Below, one piece after another: positions 22,192 to 31,697 of a DNA stretch of 64,000 bases. The stretch's first letter is position 1. Each line of letters starts with the position of its first letter. Source of the stretch: a phage; assembly GCA_033648345.1 (NCBI GenBank), contig GCA_033648345.1_4121.1. One strand, written 5' to 3'. The position numbers were made by a program, and so were the translations under genes. Below the pieces are notes generated by a model, which saw only the letters and a list, made by a program, of their open reading frames with translations, made no database searches and was not told the origin of the DNA.

Positions 22192-22611
22192 ATGCTTAGA
22201 TTTATACATTACTTAATCAGTAAGTTCTTTGGTTATTATACTATTGAAGGTAAAGCTACGCTTGCACATAAAATCTTTGTAGCATTATGTGTGGGTGATT
22301 ATGACGTATTGAATAAGCACTGTAAATCTAAAGCATGTATTGACATAATGGCACTTCGTATCTATGAGTGTCAGTTCAATAGATATAATTTTTACCAGTA
22401 CAGATATGATAAAGATGATTTTGATAGCATTAAAATGCTAAAGAATTTATGTAATAATAAAAAGAATATGCATATATCTGAATTTGTTGCATTGTATTTT
22501 TATTTAAAAAGTTCATTATACATGAATACACTTCAACGCTTCGATCCTGGAATTAATGTATTCAACGATAAAGAATATTATATCTATGATAAATTTTTAG
22601 ATAAGGTTTAA
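22192..22611 (+). CDS. hypothetical protein
   Basis: ORF in track. Confidence 0.45.
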   Translation: MLRFIHYLISKFFGYYTIEGKATLAHKIFVALCVGDYDVLNKHCKSKACIDIMALRIYECQFNRYNFYQYRYDKDDFDSIKMLKNLCNNKKNMHISEFVALYFYLKSSLYMNTLQRFDPGINVFNDKEYYIYDKFLDKV

Positions 22612-22612
22612 T

Positions 22613-23110
22613 ATGACGACTGTTTATATTGATAAACGCTTGGGAGTATTACTTACTGATTCAAAAGTGACATCAACTGAGCAACGTTCATTTTTGAACC
22701 TATTCCCGTTGAAACCAAAACTTAGTTATGGTGTAGTTTCACAAAAAACATTGTATGTACACGACCGACTGTTTAGTGCTTGCGGTGAAGTTAGTGAAAT
22801 TAACAAAGTACTGAGATACTTGATTTCACAAGAGACTGTGATACCAGACCGCAAGGCGAGTTGTCACTGTGTTCTTGTGTCAAAAGATTACATCATTCAC
22901 TTAATCGTTAATAAGGGTAAGTTTACCAAGAAGATTGATTATCTCCATAATGATTATACATTCTTTATGGGTAGTGGTGGTGAATACATGCTTGATGCAG
23001 CAGTACATGAAGAGTATAATACTCTTCTTGATAAGGTATTTGATACCTTCATGGATGTTCATAACCATGATATCTATACCGATGATAATATTAATGTATA
23101 CCGTTTTTGA
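22613..23110 (+). CDS. hypothetical protein
   Basis: ORF in track. Confidence 0.5.
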   Translation: MTTVYIDKRLGVLLTDSKVTSTEQRSFLNLFPLKPKLSYGVVSQKTLYVHDRLFSACGEVSEINKVLRYLISQETVIPDRKASCHCVLVSKDYIIHLIVNKGKFTKKIDYLHNDYTFFMGSGGEYMLDAAVHEEYNTLLDKVFDTFMDVHNHDIYTDDNINVYRF

Positions 23111-23132
23111 TTTCATTCATTAGGAGAAGTAA

Positions 23133-24101
23133 GTGAAAAAGCTTGATTTAAATGCAATTTCTGAAGAAGTACTGGATGAGTGTTTTGCTAGTGAAGAAGT
23201 CAACGTATTAGAGGCTCTTGATTCCGTCGAAGAAGAAGAAGAACATGACGGTCACAAGTTTGAGAAACCAAAAACAGGTATCAGCTTAACTCGCCCTAAA
23301 GGGATAACGAATGAAATGCTCATCCAAGCAGTGCGTGATGGTATTGACGTTGAAAAGAACATTGACCTTTTGGTTCGCTACAACTATCCAATGGTAGTAA
23401 GTGTTGCACGTAAGTGTACATGTTTTATCCCATTTGAAGATAAGATTTCTTATGGTGTTGAAGGTTTAATGCGAGCAATTCATACGTTCGACACTACCAA
23501 AAATGTTAAGTTCATTACATATGCAACAACAACTGTGTACATGACAATCTATAACGAAAGTGCAGATGCTAATTATCTAGTGCATTTCCCACGTTATATG
23601 AGTGTTAATAACATTTATGTGAAACGTTGTGTAGAAGAGTATCAAAGGAAACATGGTAAATACCCAACTCCTGAGATGGTGTCAAAAGAGACTGGTATTG
23701 AGATTCAACACGTTAAGAATTGTCTAACTTACAATAACACTTATGTAGCATTGAATATGAAAATGAGTAATGATTCAGAAAGTACATTATCTGACATTGT
23801 TACTTCAGTTGAACCTGATTACAACTTAGGCGTAGAAACTGTCAGTACCCCACTGGTACAAAGTATTGCAGAAATGATGAGTAACCTATCTGCCAAAGAC
23901 CGTGAATTGATTGAACGTGTACATGGTATTGGTTCTTATTCTGAACCAGAAACGCTACGAGAAATCATTGAGAGTGGTTTTGAAGATGAGAAGGGTAAGG
24001 TCATGACTGCTCGTTCTTCATTGCACCGTAAGTACTCTGAAGCAATGGAACGACTGCGTAAGATGGTTAAGACAAAAGGTTATGAGTTCGAAGATTTTTA
24101 A
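23133..24101 (+). CDS. sigma-70 family RNA polymerase sigma factor (322 aa)
   Basis: region-2-like MVVSVARK...YGVEGLMRAIHTFD...KFITYATTTVYMTI and region-4-like LSAKDRELIERVHGIGS...ETLREII; recognised from motifs only. Confidence 0.7.
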   Translation: MKKLDLNAISEEVLDECFASEEVNVLEALDSVEEEEEHDGHKFEKPKTGISLTRPKGITNEMLIQAVRDGIDVEKNIDLLVRYNYPMVVSVARKCTCFIPFEDKISYGVEGLMRAIHTFDTTKNVKFITYATTTVYMTIYNESADANYLVHFPRYMSVNNIYVKRCVEEYQRKHGKYPTPEMVSKETGIEIQHVKNCLTYNNTYVALNMKMSNDSESTLSDIVTSVEPDYNLGVETVSTPLVQSIAEMMSNLSAKDRELIERVHGIGSYSEPETLREIIESGFEDEKGKVMTARSSLHRKYSEAMERLRKMVKTKGYEFEDF

Positions 24102-24107
24102 GATTAA

Positions 24108-24135
24108 AGGGTTGACTTCGGTCAGCCTTTTTTTT
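24108..24135 (+). terminator. PeSL-like stem-loop plus T8 (terminator; -10 degenerate in this copy)
   Basis: ggttgac-ttcg-gtcagcc hairpin followed by T8. Confidence 0.6.
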
Positions 24136-24136
24136 A

Positions 24137-24165
24137 TGGGACAAATTTATTAATGGTGATACAAT
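24137..24165 (+). promoter_or_regulatory. putative promoter, TGGGACA-N17-(TG)ATACAAT variant
   Basis: tgggacaaatttattaatggtgatacaat; precedes ORF-free region. Confidence 0.45.
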
Positions 24166-24171
24166 GATCTA

Positions 24172-24660
24172 TGTACAATCACAATGACAGTACTGGTACT
24201 GACAATCTTCCCCTACTTCACTTGAAAATGTAAAGGATAGATGAGCTTTTCATTGTAGCGAACAGCAAAAGAAACCCGTTAGATGTGGGCATAGTTTGAA
24301 CCCCTCACGGCAATGCGGCTGTATAAAGAACCACGTTAGGATAGCTGGTGGTTCCTCGATAGACATATAAGGATAACACCTTACGAATTATCTAAGGGAG
24401 AGTTATCGAATTTTGTACAGGAAAGTTGCGTCCAAAATTTGAGTACTCACATTAAGTATTTGATTGCATAGATACTTAATGAAGATACACTATGTTTAAA
24501 AGTGTAGACCGTCATATGAAACTGAAGTAGAGAGAAACAGGATGACCCGCTTTCGCACTCGTTATGAGTAATCTTCAATGCAATAGCTCTGATACCATCA
24601 GCGTCAAATTTCCCTCCGTGCGGGGGGAAGAAAAATCCCTTCCTCAAATCCCGTCAATAT
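24172..24660 (+). ncRNA. candidate structured non-coding RNA (about 490 nt, function unknown)
   Basis: no plus-strand ORF of 60 aa or more in an otherwise ORF-dense region; locally GC-richer; multiple stems (e.g. gaaccac...gtggttc); bracketed by promoters. Confidence 0.35.
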
Positions 24661-24669
24661 TAAAAGTCC

Positions 24670-24698
24670 TTGACAGTTATGATTCATTCGCGTAGAAT
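24670..24698 (+). promoter_or_regulatory. sigma70-type promoter TTGACA-N17-TAGAAT
   Basis: ttgacagttatgattcattcgcgtagaat. Confidence 0.5.
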
Positions 24699-24762
24699 AC
24701 GTAGTATTAGAAGCGAACAGACATCTCGAAGAGATGGATGATTAACCATTGAGGAATATCTA

Positions 24763-24972
24763 ATGAATTCAGTAATCTTTTTAATTATTGCTCTTTCACC
24801 ACAATCTGGTGTACAAATCACCCCAATGAATTCAATGAATCAATGCATTGCAGTACGTGACAGTACGTATGAACAAGTAAACAGCGTTTCACTTAGAACA
24901 GTTGGTGAAGAATTAATGTGGTGTTACAATAGTAATACTAAAGAAAAACTAATTGTTGGACAAACAGAATGA
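24763..24972 (+). CDS. hypothetical small protein with N-terminal hydrophobic segment
   Basis: ORF in track after GAGGAA. Confidence 0.4.
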   Translation: MNSVIFLIIALSPQSGVQITPMNSMNQCIAVRDSTYEQVNSVSLRTVGEELMWCYNSNTKEKLIVGQTE

Positions 24973-25196
24973 GTTATGGTGTTCGTTTTGAGATTCGTTC
25001 TATTGTTATCAATGACGAGAAACAAGCATCGTTGGATGGCGATATACGAGAACTATATCTATCATGTATCCGTGCAAAATCTGAAGCAGATGCATTATCA
25101 CAAATGATTGGTTTTAATTTCTTTCATGGATACTATTTGGTACGAGTTATCGAAGTTAAAAAAGTCACTTTTGAGTGTCTTGCTGGAGAAATATAA
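24969..25196 (+). CDS. hypothetical small protein
   Basis: ORF in track, coupled. Confidence 0.4.
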   Translation: MSYGVRFEIRSIVINDEKQASLDGDIRELYLSCIRAKSEADALSQMIGFNFFHGYYLVRVIEVKKVTFECLAGEI

Positions 25197-25197
25197 A

Positions 25198-25992
25198 ATG
25201 AGCACTATAGATGAATTGATTCGCCGGAATTCAAAATACTACGACCCATCAGAAATTGTCGGCAACATTACTAAATCTGAGTTCGGACCAAATACTCGAA
25301 AACTCATTCATGTAATGTCACGTGATGGCTTTAAATGTGATTGTTGTGGTGAATCCAATGTGGTATTCACTTTACATAAGCACAGTACTAAAGACCGTTA
25401 TAAATTCAGACCTTATGTACTTAAATGGAAACGCCTTGTACGCATGACGTTAGACCATAATGTACTGGACTGTCTTCAGGGCGGTAATGATAAAGAGAAC
25501 ATGACTGCATTGTGTGAGGATTGTAACGCATTACGCCAGCATAAGTTTGCTGAGTACAGTGAGTTTAAGCACTGGTATCATAACGCTGATCGTTCTATCG
25601 AGCCTGACGTTAACTACTGCTTCATTGAGTATATTAAGAATGCTAAAGATACATACATTCTTAAATCAATGTCACCTATTACAGTGTTCCCTGAGAATCT
25701 ATTCAGTACTATGCAGCGTGATTTTAAACGTGGTATCATTAATGCATTCAAACATTTAGACAAAGGTATCAAGCACTTTGAGGTGCAATGCTTAAATGAA
25801 GGAATGAATCGTTTAGTACAAATTTACATGAAATCATTTATAGGTGTTGACACCGCACGTCTACCAGTATATAATTACTTTATTGAAAGCGAAGAAGGTG
25901 AATCTCTTCGTGATTATGGTGAAAGATTTAATAACAAAGTCTTCGCTGCAATATCAAACGAGATTCATTACTATAAACCATATGTAATTTAA
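25198..25992 (+). CDS. HNH-motif nuclease domain protein
   Basis: track ORF 25108-25992 trimmed to ATG 25198; CDCCGE...HKHS...LDHNVLDCLQGGNDKENMTALCEDCNALRQH resembles a Cys-flanked HNH motif. Confidence 0.6.
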   Translation: MSTIDELIRRNSKYYDPSEIVGNITKSEFGPNTRKLIHVMSRDGFKCDCCGESNVVFTLHKHSTKDRYKFRPYVLKWKRLVRMTLDHNVLDCLQGGNDKENMTALCEDCNALRQHKFAEYSEFKHWYHNADRSIEPDVNYCFIEYIKNAKDTYILKSMSPITVFPENLFSTMQRDFKRGIINAFKHLDKGIKHFEVQCLNEGMNRLVQIYMKSFIGVDTARLPVYNYFIESEEGESLRDYGERFNNKVFAAISNEIHYYKPYVI

Positions 25993-26006
25993 TTAGAGGA
26001 TATATC

Positions 26007-26189
26007 ATGCAAATCATCATTCTTATCGTAGGTATCATTCTTGGTGTATATGGTCACTCCTGGATGAACGAGAAGTTCCCTAATACCCGTCCTGAGTATT
26101 GCAGTACTAATGTATTCCAGAATAGTGATAAACCAAAGGATAGTATTGGTAAGAAACTGGACAAAGTACTTGACGTAATCAACGAATAA
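26007..26189 (+). CDS. small membrane protein
   Basis: ORF in track; N-terminal TM. Confidence 0.35.
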   Translation: MQIIILIVGIILGVYGHSWMNEKFPNTRPEYCSTNVFQNSDKPKDSIGKKLDKVLDVINE

Positions 26190-26198
26190 GGGTAAAGT

Positions 26199-26399
26199 AT
26201 GTTTAAATCAAATTCGAATGTTGGTAAGAAGGTTCAATTACTTGAGGATGTATCCACCTTGAGTGGAATTTTCCCAAGAGGTCACATCATGACTATTATT
26301 GCCGAAACATCCCGTGGGTGGGATTTGGAAGATGCTGATGGTAATCGCATCCTTGAGGCTGGATTCTATGGTCATCGTGAATATAAAATCGTTGATTAA
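26199..26399 (+). CDS. hypothetical small protein
   Basis: ORF in track. Confidence 0.4.
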   Translation: MFKSNSNVGKKVQLLEDVSTLSGIFPRGHIMTIIAETSRGWDLEDADGNRILEAGFYGHREYKIVD

Positions 26400-26495
26400 G
26401 GATACAACATGACTTTAGAGATTGTCTTTGGTATTGTTAGCTTAGTCGTCTGTGTGGGTTGGTTTGGGTATCTGATGATTTTTAGTGATTAATAC

Positions 26496-26523
26496 TTGAC
26501 ATAAGATATCAGTACTGTATAAT
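26496..26523 (+). promoter_or_regulatory. early-type promoter TTGACA-N16-(TG)TATAAT with CAGTACTG spacer
   Basis: ttgacataagatatcagtactgtataat. Confidence 0.6.
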
Positions 26524-26616
26524 GTTTATATCAAAGGGAATGCAGTGAAAGGAAAGACAGCATAATCGTACTCGTCACTGCGTTTCCACCCTTTTAAATT
26601 AAATGAGGAATTAACT

Positions 26617-26925
26617 ATGTTTCAAACTAACACTCAAGGTTTTGTAATCATCGATTTGAACCAAAACAGCGGTTATTGGATGAAACCTACTGACGCATGT
26701 ATGCAGTTTGATTTTTTAGGTTACAGGATTAGTGTAAGTACTGGTGCTTCTGTACTGCGTGGTGGTTGTATCGTTGAACATCTGGTAACTGATCCAGAAG
26801 GTCGTGAGTATGAAATCGCAGGTTCAGTACAAGATGCCATTATGTTTGTATGTCAGCGTGAAATGAATAGTTCGAATTCAAATGCACTGACTCATGCTCT
26901 TTCTCAAGAAGTGGAGGTTCGTTAA
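26617..26925 (+). CDS. hypothetical protein
   Basis: ORF in track after GAGGAA. Confidence 0.45.
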   Translation: MFQTNTQGFVIIDLNQNSGYWMKPTDACMQFDFLGYRISVSTGASVLRGGCIVEHLVTDPEGREYEIAGSVQDAIMFVCQREMNSSNSNALTHALSQEVEVR

Positions 26926-27176
26926 TGAAATATATCGTAGCAGTACTCGTTGCATTTTTACTCACTGCATGTGACGCTTCAACAAAAGAACGCACAAGTG
27001 ATTTTATTCTCCCTATTGAATTACAAGAAGCAGGATGTAAGATTTATCGTATGCAAAAGGACGGTGCTGGTGTAACCTTGTATACAGTTTATTGCCCTAA
27101 TGCAAATACCAGTACTGGATACAGCAGCGGTAAAACACGAATCAATACTTCAGTGATTAATGGAGTACAACAATGA
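26925..27176 (+). CDS. putative lipoprotein
   Basis: signal peptide ending LLTAC (lipobox-like). Confidence 0.5.
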   Translation: MKYIVAVLVAFLLTACDASTKERTSDFILPIELQEAGCKIYRMQKDGAGVTLYTVYCPNANTSTGYSSGKTRINTSVINGVQQ

Positions 27177-27541
27177 GCCTTGATACAACCCGTGCAACAG
27201 ATTTATTAACTCGTCTGAATGATGAAGAATATCTTGCTGAAATAAAGTACAAGCTTGAAAAACTGGCTCGAAGTGCTGAAGTAATTGAAGTTAAAGGTCA
27301 TTTACCTATGGATCAATTCCATACGTTCAAAGAAGATATGGTTTATTATCCAAATGAAATTTGGATTGAGTGGGAACATTGGACTAACAAAACTCTACGC
27401 ATTGAAGGTTATTGTGTGAATTATGAATCTGAACCTGGTGATGTTACAAAAACTCTCTCAATTTGGTGTACAAAAACACATGAACTCGTTGAGGTGAATT
27501 TGAATTATATGAAAGGTTTCCGTTGGGGTGATGTTAAATGA
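27173..27541 (+). CDS. hypothetical protein
   Basis: ORF in track, coupled. Confidence 0.45.
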   Translation: MSLDTTRATDLLTRLNDEEYLAEIKYKLEKLARSAEVIEVKGHLPMDQFHTFKEDMVYYPNEIWIEWEHWTNKTLRIEGYCVNYESEPGDVTKTLSIWCTKTHELVEVNLNYMKGFRWGDVK

Positions 27542-27813
27542 TTAAAAAACTATTGACAGTTGTCTTTGTATTATGTACAATGTTTCTTACAGCATGTAAT
27601 GATGACGGAAGGTTTAGTGCAAAAGACTTAGTTCGTCAGGATTGTACATTCACAGGTAAGTCTTTTATTAACGAGTATGAGGTATGTACACAATCAGGTC
27701 GTATCTGTGGTGGTTGGGAAAAACGTCAGGAGCGATTGTATGTATATGAATGCCCTGGTCATCTCAACAAAGTACTAAGCACACACAAACTTGTTTATGA
27801 TAAGGTTGAATAA
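27538..27813 (+). CDS. putative lipoprotein
   Basis: signal peptide ending FLTAC. Confidence 0.5.
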   Translation: MIKKLLTVVFVLCTMFLTACNDDGRFSAKDLVRQDCTFTGKSFINEYEVCTQSGRICGGWEKRQERLYVYECPGHLNKVLSTHKLVYDKVE

Positions 27814-28028
27814 TGACTACCAATGAAATGATGCAGGTTATTTGGGATAAAGGTTGTGATATTAAAATCACTAGTACTGATGTTCGTGTATTCAAAACTG
27901 AATATATGGAGTACTTGGACCTTGATACTTATAATAATATTGTATCAATTGAACACAAAGGTGCAGTACTGGAAACAATTGACGTAGTACTGAAGAAAGC
28001 TACCGACCTATTAGGAGCGGCAGTGTGA
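27813..28028 (+). CDS. hypothetical small protein
   Basis: ORF in track, coupled. Confidence 0.4.
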   Translation: MTTNEMMQVIWDKGCDIKITSTDVRVFKTEYMEYLDLDTYNNIVSIEHKGAVLETIDVVLKKATDLLGAAV

Positions 28029-28181
28029 ATAACAAAGAGTGGGAAGAGTACCGTAAGAAGTGCAGGGAGTTTGATAAAGAACTAACTGGTACAGTGAATG
28101 CAGTAATGTGGGTATCTGTAATTATTGCAGTTCTTGCGTTGGGTGCTATTATTATTAATAAATTATTCTAAGGCGAATATC

Positions 28182-28382
28182 ATGTTTACTTTATATCTCG
28201 CAGTAGTTCTCACCAATGGTGAAATCACTCGTACTATTGGTGAAGGTGTATATAAAACACCAGACCAGTGCTACTCTGCTACTCATTGGCCTCGCGATAG
28301 TGGGGATGAAACTCGCACTGAATTCAAATGCATGAAAGTAAAAGGTGATTTTGTTAACCTTAAGGTTATCGAGGCGAAATAA
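28182..28382 (+). CDS. hypothetical small protein with N-terminal hydrophobic segment
   Basis: track ORF trimmed to ATG 28182 after AAGG. Confidence 0.4.
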   Translation: MFTLYLAVVLTNGEITRTIGEGVYKTPDQCYSATHWPRDSGDETRTEFKCMKVKGDFVNLKVIEAK

Positions 28383-28897
28383 TGGATATTAATGAGTTGT
28401 TGATCTTATTGTTTAATCGTGGAAATGATGTAAGACGTTCTGAATATCAAGACAAAATTCACATTGAAACTGATAAATGTTATGGTAAAACAACTCATGA
28501 GATTTTGAAGCCAAATGGCAAACGATATGCCGATGTATGTTTTCATGAACGAAGTGATGGTAGTGAAATAATCAGTACTGAAATTGTGTTTTATGATAGA
28601 TCCTCGGCAGGTTCGTATGAAATAGAACTTATATATTGTCCTGGTTCAGAAACACACAATAAACGTCAGATATTATATGATGTTTATTCACCTCCAGGTG
28701 TAGCTGAATATTTTGTTATTGATTACAGTACTGAAGAAAGTGTGTTTCAACAGAGCTTGATTCATAACTTCCAGTTGAATGATCCAAATGTACCAAAGTT
28801 GTTCAAACTACTCGATACTATCGATGTTGATTTTGAATTTGTTATGTGCATTAGAACTTCCTTGATCGATGAATTTATGGAACTACTTAATATATGA
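28382..28897 (+). CDS. hypothetical protein, EE-x-F-Q-Q-S motif family
   Basis: ORF in track; STEESVFQQSLIHN. Confidence 0.5.
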   Translation: MDINELLILLFNRGNDVRRSEYQDKIHIETDKCYGKTTHEILKPNGKRYADVCFHERSDGSEIISTEIVFYDRSSAGSYEIELIYCPGSETHNKRQILYDVYSPPGVAEYFVIDYSTEESVFQQSLIHNFQLNDPNVPKLFKLLDTIDVDFEFVMCIRTSLIDEFMELLNI

Positions 28898-29115
28898 ATC
28901 GTTACTACATTGTGTATGAGCATGTATCTGAGTTTAATAATGTACGTGGTTATAAGAAAGAAGTACAGAAGATTGATGTATTTGTTCGTGCATTAAGTCC
29001 AACACATGCACTATTTAAATTGTTTGATGAAGTAACTAAGTACAACACACCAAAAACACAACGCTATATTGAAACAGTACATAGTGTAATACTCACTGAA
29101 TATGATGGAGAATGA
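28894..29115 (+). CDS. hypothetical small protein
   Basis: ORF in track, coupled. Confidence 0.4.
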   Translation: MNRYYIVYEHVSEFNNVRGYKKEVQKIDVFVRALSPTHALFKLFDEVTKYNTPKTQRYIETVHSVILTEYDGE

Positions 29116-29118
29116 CAA

Positions 29119-29337
29119 ATGAATTTATATCTAGTTGAAGGGTCAGTACAAGTATCCAAGCAAGACGGAGAAGGGTATCGTTTTTCACATGTAGAATATT
29201 TTAAGTACGTAGTAAAGGCCGATGGTCAGTACGACGCAGAAATTCAGGTTGAAGAATCATTCCGTAAGAAGAATGATATTGGTAAATTTGAATACCAAGA
29301 CTTACAATTCACTGTATGGCCTAGCATTAATGACTAA
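29119..29337 (+). CDS. hypothetical small protein
   Basis: ORF in track. Confidence 0.4.
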   Translation: MNLYLVEGSVQVSKQDGEGYRFSHVEYFKYVVKADGQYDAEIQVEESFRKKNDIGKFEYQDLQFTVWPSIND

Positions 29338-29338
29338 G

Positions 29339-29542
29339 ATGTGGTGGTGTCATGGTGTCTACAATGTCTATGAATATGGTAGATTCAAAATGAGCAGCAC
29401 CTATGCCAGACGTGTTAATGCGAAAAACCAAGTTGATGCTGCTTGTGAGATTGTAGAGTGGTATGCAGAGTTCAATGCAATTGATTTTATGTACGAAATA
29501 GTTACAATAAATGTTGTACAAATTGACACGTCTCTGATATAA
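29339..29542 (+). CDS. hypothetical small protein
   Basis: track ORF 29222-29542 trimmed to ATG 29339. Confidence 0.3.
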   Translation: MWWCHGVYNVYEYGRFKMSSTYARRVNAKNQVDAACEIVEWYAEFNAIDFMYEIVTINVVQIDTSLI

Positions 29543-29578
29543 TAACTACATCAAAAAACAACTGCAACTGAGGATACT

Positions 29579-30241
29579 ATGTTAGTTAATCTTAATTTCA
29601 TCACTTCTCCTGATTGGGCATTGCGTGGTGTTTCTTTGAACTTTAAAGAAACTAATTTCGACTACATTGGTGATTGTACTTTAGTTAATGCTACATTTGA
29701 TCCTCATCATCCTTTTTGGGCTGAGATTCATGATCCTAATGTAAACAATAGTACATCTGTTATGACTATTGTACAGACGAAACATACAGGTATCCTCGCA
29801 GGTTACAGACCTGAACATGCCATCGAGCACTTCACTGATTATGATGTAGTAGATGCATATCCAATGATCCATGAAGATGGAAGTTTATACACGTCAGAAG
29901 ACTTCCGTGCTATCTTTAATAGTACTGATAACATTCTACCAAGTGGTCGTCCACGCCCTGAGTCTTATCTTATGCACCCGTCTTATGGTGTAGCAGATAC
30001 GCTTGAACAGATTTTGACGAAGTACAAGAACCTTATTGAAGGTCCAGAAGAAATTGTCTTGTGCTATCATCCAGTACTGAAGTCTGACCAACCAGAGAGT
30101 GGTGGGTGGCGTTGGCATAAGAATGGTGAGTACATCGGTACTAAGCGTAGTAAAGAACGCTTTGAGTACTTGTATGATGAGCCAGATGTTGAGGTTGTTT
30201 TATGTTATAATTTTCTTAAGGTGAAAAAGAAATGTATCTAG
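29579..30241 (+). CDS. hypothetical protein (220 aa)
   Basis: ORF in track after GAGGA. Confidence 0.5.
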   Translation: MLVNLNFITSPDWALRGVSLNFKETNFDYIGDCTLVNATFDPHHPFWAEIHDPNVNNSTSVMTIVQTKHTGILAGYRPEHAIEHFTDYDVVDAYPMIHEDGSLYTSEDFRAIFNSTDNILPSGRPRPESYLMHPSYGVADTLEQILTKYKNLIEGPEEIVLCYHPVLKSDQPESGGWRWHKNGEYIGTKRSKERFEYLYDEPDVEVVLCYNFLKVKKKCI

Positions 30242-30474
30242 TATTGAGTTTTGTAGTTGCATTATTGTTTATGTTCTACCCTACACTAGTAGCAGTAGCC
30301 ACTAAACGAAAGCTGGTGGATATCACTACTGTATTCTTGCTAAACGTGGCACTCGTTCTAGTGTCTATTATCATTCCCGTGAACTTTACGGTTATTGACA
30401 TGGCATCTGTATTACTATTCGTCTTCAGTTATCTTATGCTTATTGAAGAAAAACCTGTTGACAAACGTTTGTAG
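30232..30474 (+). CDS. small membrane protein
   Basis: two hydrophobic helices. Confidence 0.45.
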   Translation: MYLVLSFVVALLFMFYPTLVAVATKRKLVDITTVFLLNVALVLVSIIIPVNFTVIDMASVLLFVFSYLMLIEEKPVDKRL

Positions 30475-30485
30475 TACTGTATAAT
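30458..30485 (+). promoter_or_regulatory. early-type promoter TTGACA-N16-(TG)TATAAT
   Basis: ttgacaaacgtttgtagtactgtataat. Confidence 0.6.
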
Positions 30486-30532
30486 GGTTCTTGTAGTCTG
30501 AAACTTAACACTTAAACTTGAGGATATAAAAC

Positions 30533-30859
30533 ATGTTATCAGTTCTAATTTCAATTCCTGCTCTAATTCTGTTATGGGTTATGGTTTTCGAATTCTTCAT
30601 TAAAGACGAAACCGAGCGTGATGAGTTTCGTGAGTTGTTTATGTTAGACTCACCCATTGCACGAATCTTCTTCGTTGTAGTACTTATTTCAGTACTGTCA
30701 TGGTTAGTAAGTTTTGTATTACCAATTGGACCATTTGTTTCAATTATGAATTTAGTTGAGAACATTGTTGGTATTGTATGGTTTACTAATGCATTGTTTG
30801 CTGGTAAAGTTTCCATTTGGTTTGATATCTTGAAAGATAAACTAACTAGTAAGAAGTAA
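30533..30859 (+). CDS. small membrane protein
   Basis: ORF in track after GAGGATA; hydrophobic helices. Confidence 0.45.
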   Translation: MLSVLISIPALILLWVMVFEFFIKDETERDEFRELFMLDSPIARIFFVVVLISVLSWLVSFVLPIGPFVSIMNLVENIVGIVWFTNALFAGKVSIWFDILKDKLTSKK

Positions 30860-30937
30860 CGTTCAAAAAGTCTCTAATAGTATTAAATACTTCTGTACAA
30901 ATAATATGTACAGAAGTATTGCTCGTTAGAGGTTATA

Positions 30938-31303
30938 ATGAAAAAATATATAAAAATGATAATGGTGTTTGTAGTATTCATGCTTTATTCAAGGTTCAGT
31001 ACAGCCGTACCTGCTTACCTTGATTGTATGGGAAACGATGGAACATGGCATGTACTTTCTAATGACCCACAAAATGGAAACAATATTGTCGTAGATAATG
31101 AGGTTTACCGTTTCAGGGCCGAGAGTTTGATTGGGAATAAAAAGGTATCGACATATAAATCAGATGCTGGTATAATAGCAAATGTAATATTGATAGTGGA
31201 CCCCAAGACAAAGGATGGGGATATTTACATAGTCATTTATCAAGATTCGTCGAACAAACGCGATCAGGATATTGATAAATTGAATATTCATTGTGAACTT
31301 TAA
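30938..31303 (+). CDS. secreted protein (signal peptide)
   Basis: N-terminal hydrophobic leader ...SRFSTAVPA. Confidence 0.5.
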   Translation: MKKYIKMIMVFVVFMLYSRFSTAVPAYLDCMGNDGTWHVLSNDPQNGNNIVVDNEVYRFRAESLIGNKKVSTYKSDAGIIANVILIVDPKTKDGDIYIVIYQDSSNKRDQDIDKLNIHCEL

Positions 31304-31313
31304 GGTATAACAA

Positions 31314-31697
31314 ATGATAAACGATGTAATGCTTTATGTATTAATTACTCCGATTCTTATTAACTCAGTAATAACTATTTCAATGGCATTATTTGGTATA
31401 GTAGCAATTGTTTATGCGGTAAGTACTGGAAAGTATACTTTAATTAGTAAGGTTGATTCATGGTTCGCATCTGATAGTGTACCATATTCAGCTAGTATGA
31501 TTACGATTGGTATTCTAATCGTTGCATTTACACTGCACTGTATTGGTTTTATTAATACAAGTATTTTTTCAGTTTTTATTGGTCTATCATTATATCCATC
31601 ACTTTGGTACTTGATTTATGTAACCGATGTTTGGTATAATAACTACAAGCAGTACAAAGTGAAGAAATCCATTTTATCCAAAGGAAACAAATCATGA
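31314..31697 (+). CDS. integral membrane protein
   Basis: multiple hydrophobic helices. Confidence 0.45.
   Translation: MINDVMLYVLITPILINSVITISMALFGIVAIVYAVSTGKYTLISKVDSWFASDSVPYSASMITIGILIVAFTLHCIGFINTSIFSVFIGLSLYPSLWYLIYVTDVWYNNYKQYKVKKSILSKGNKS

Noticed and set aside
24172-24660. Retron or group I intron interpretation of the ORF-free region
   Set aside because: No adjacent reverse transcriptase, no interrupted host gene (the sigma ORF ends cleanly before it), and no intron core elements recognised by eye.
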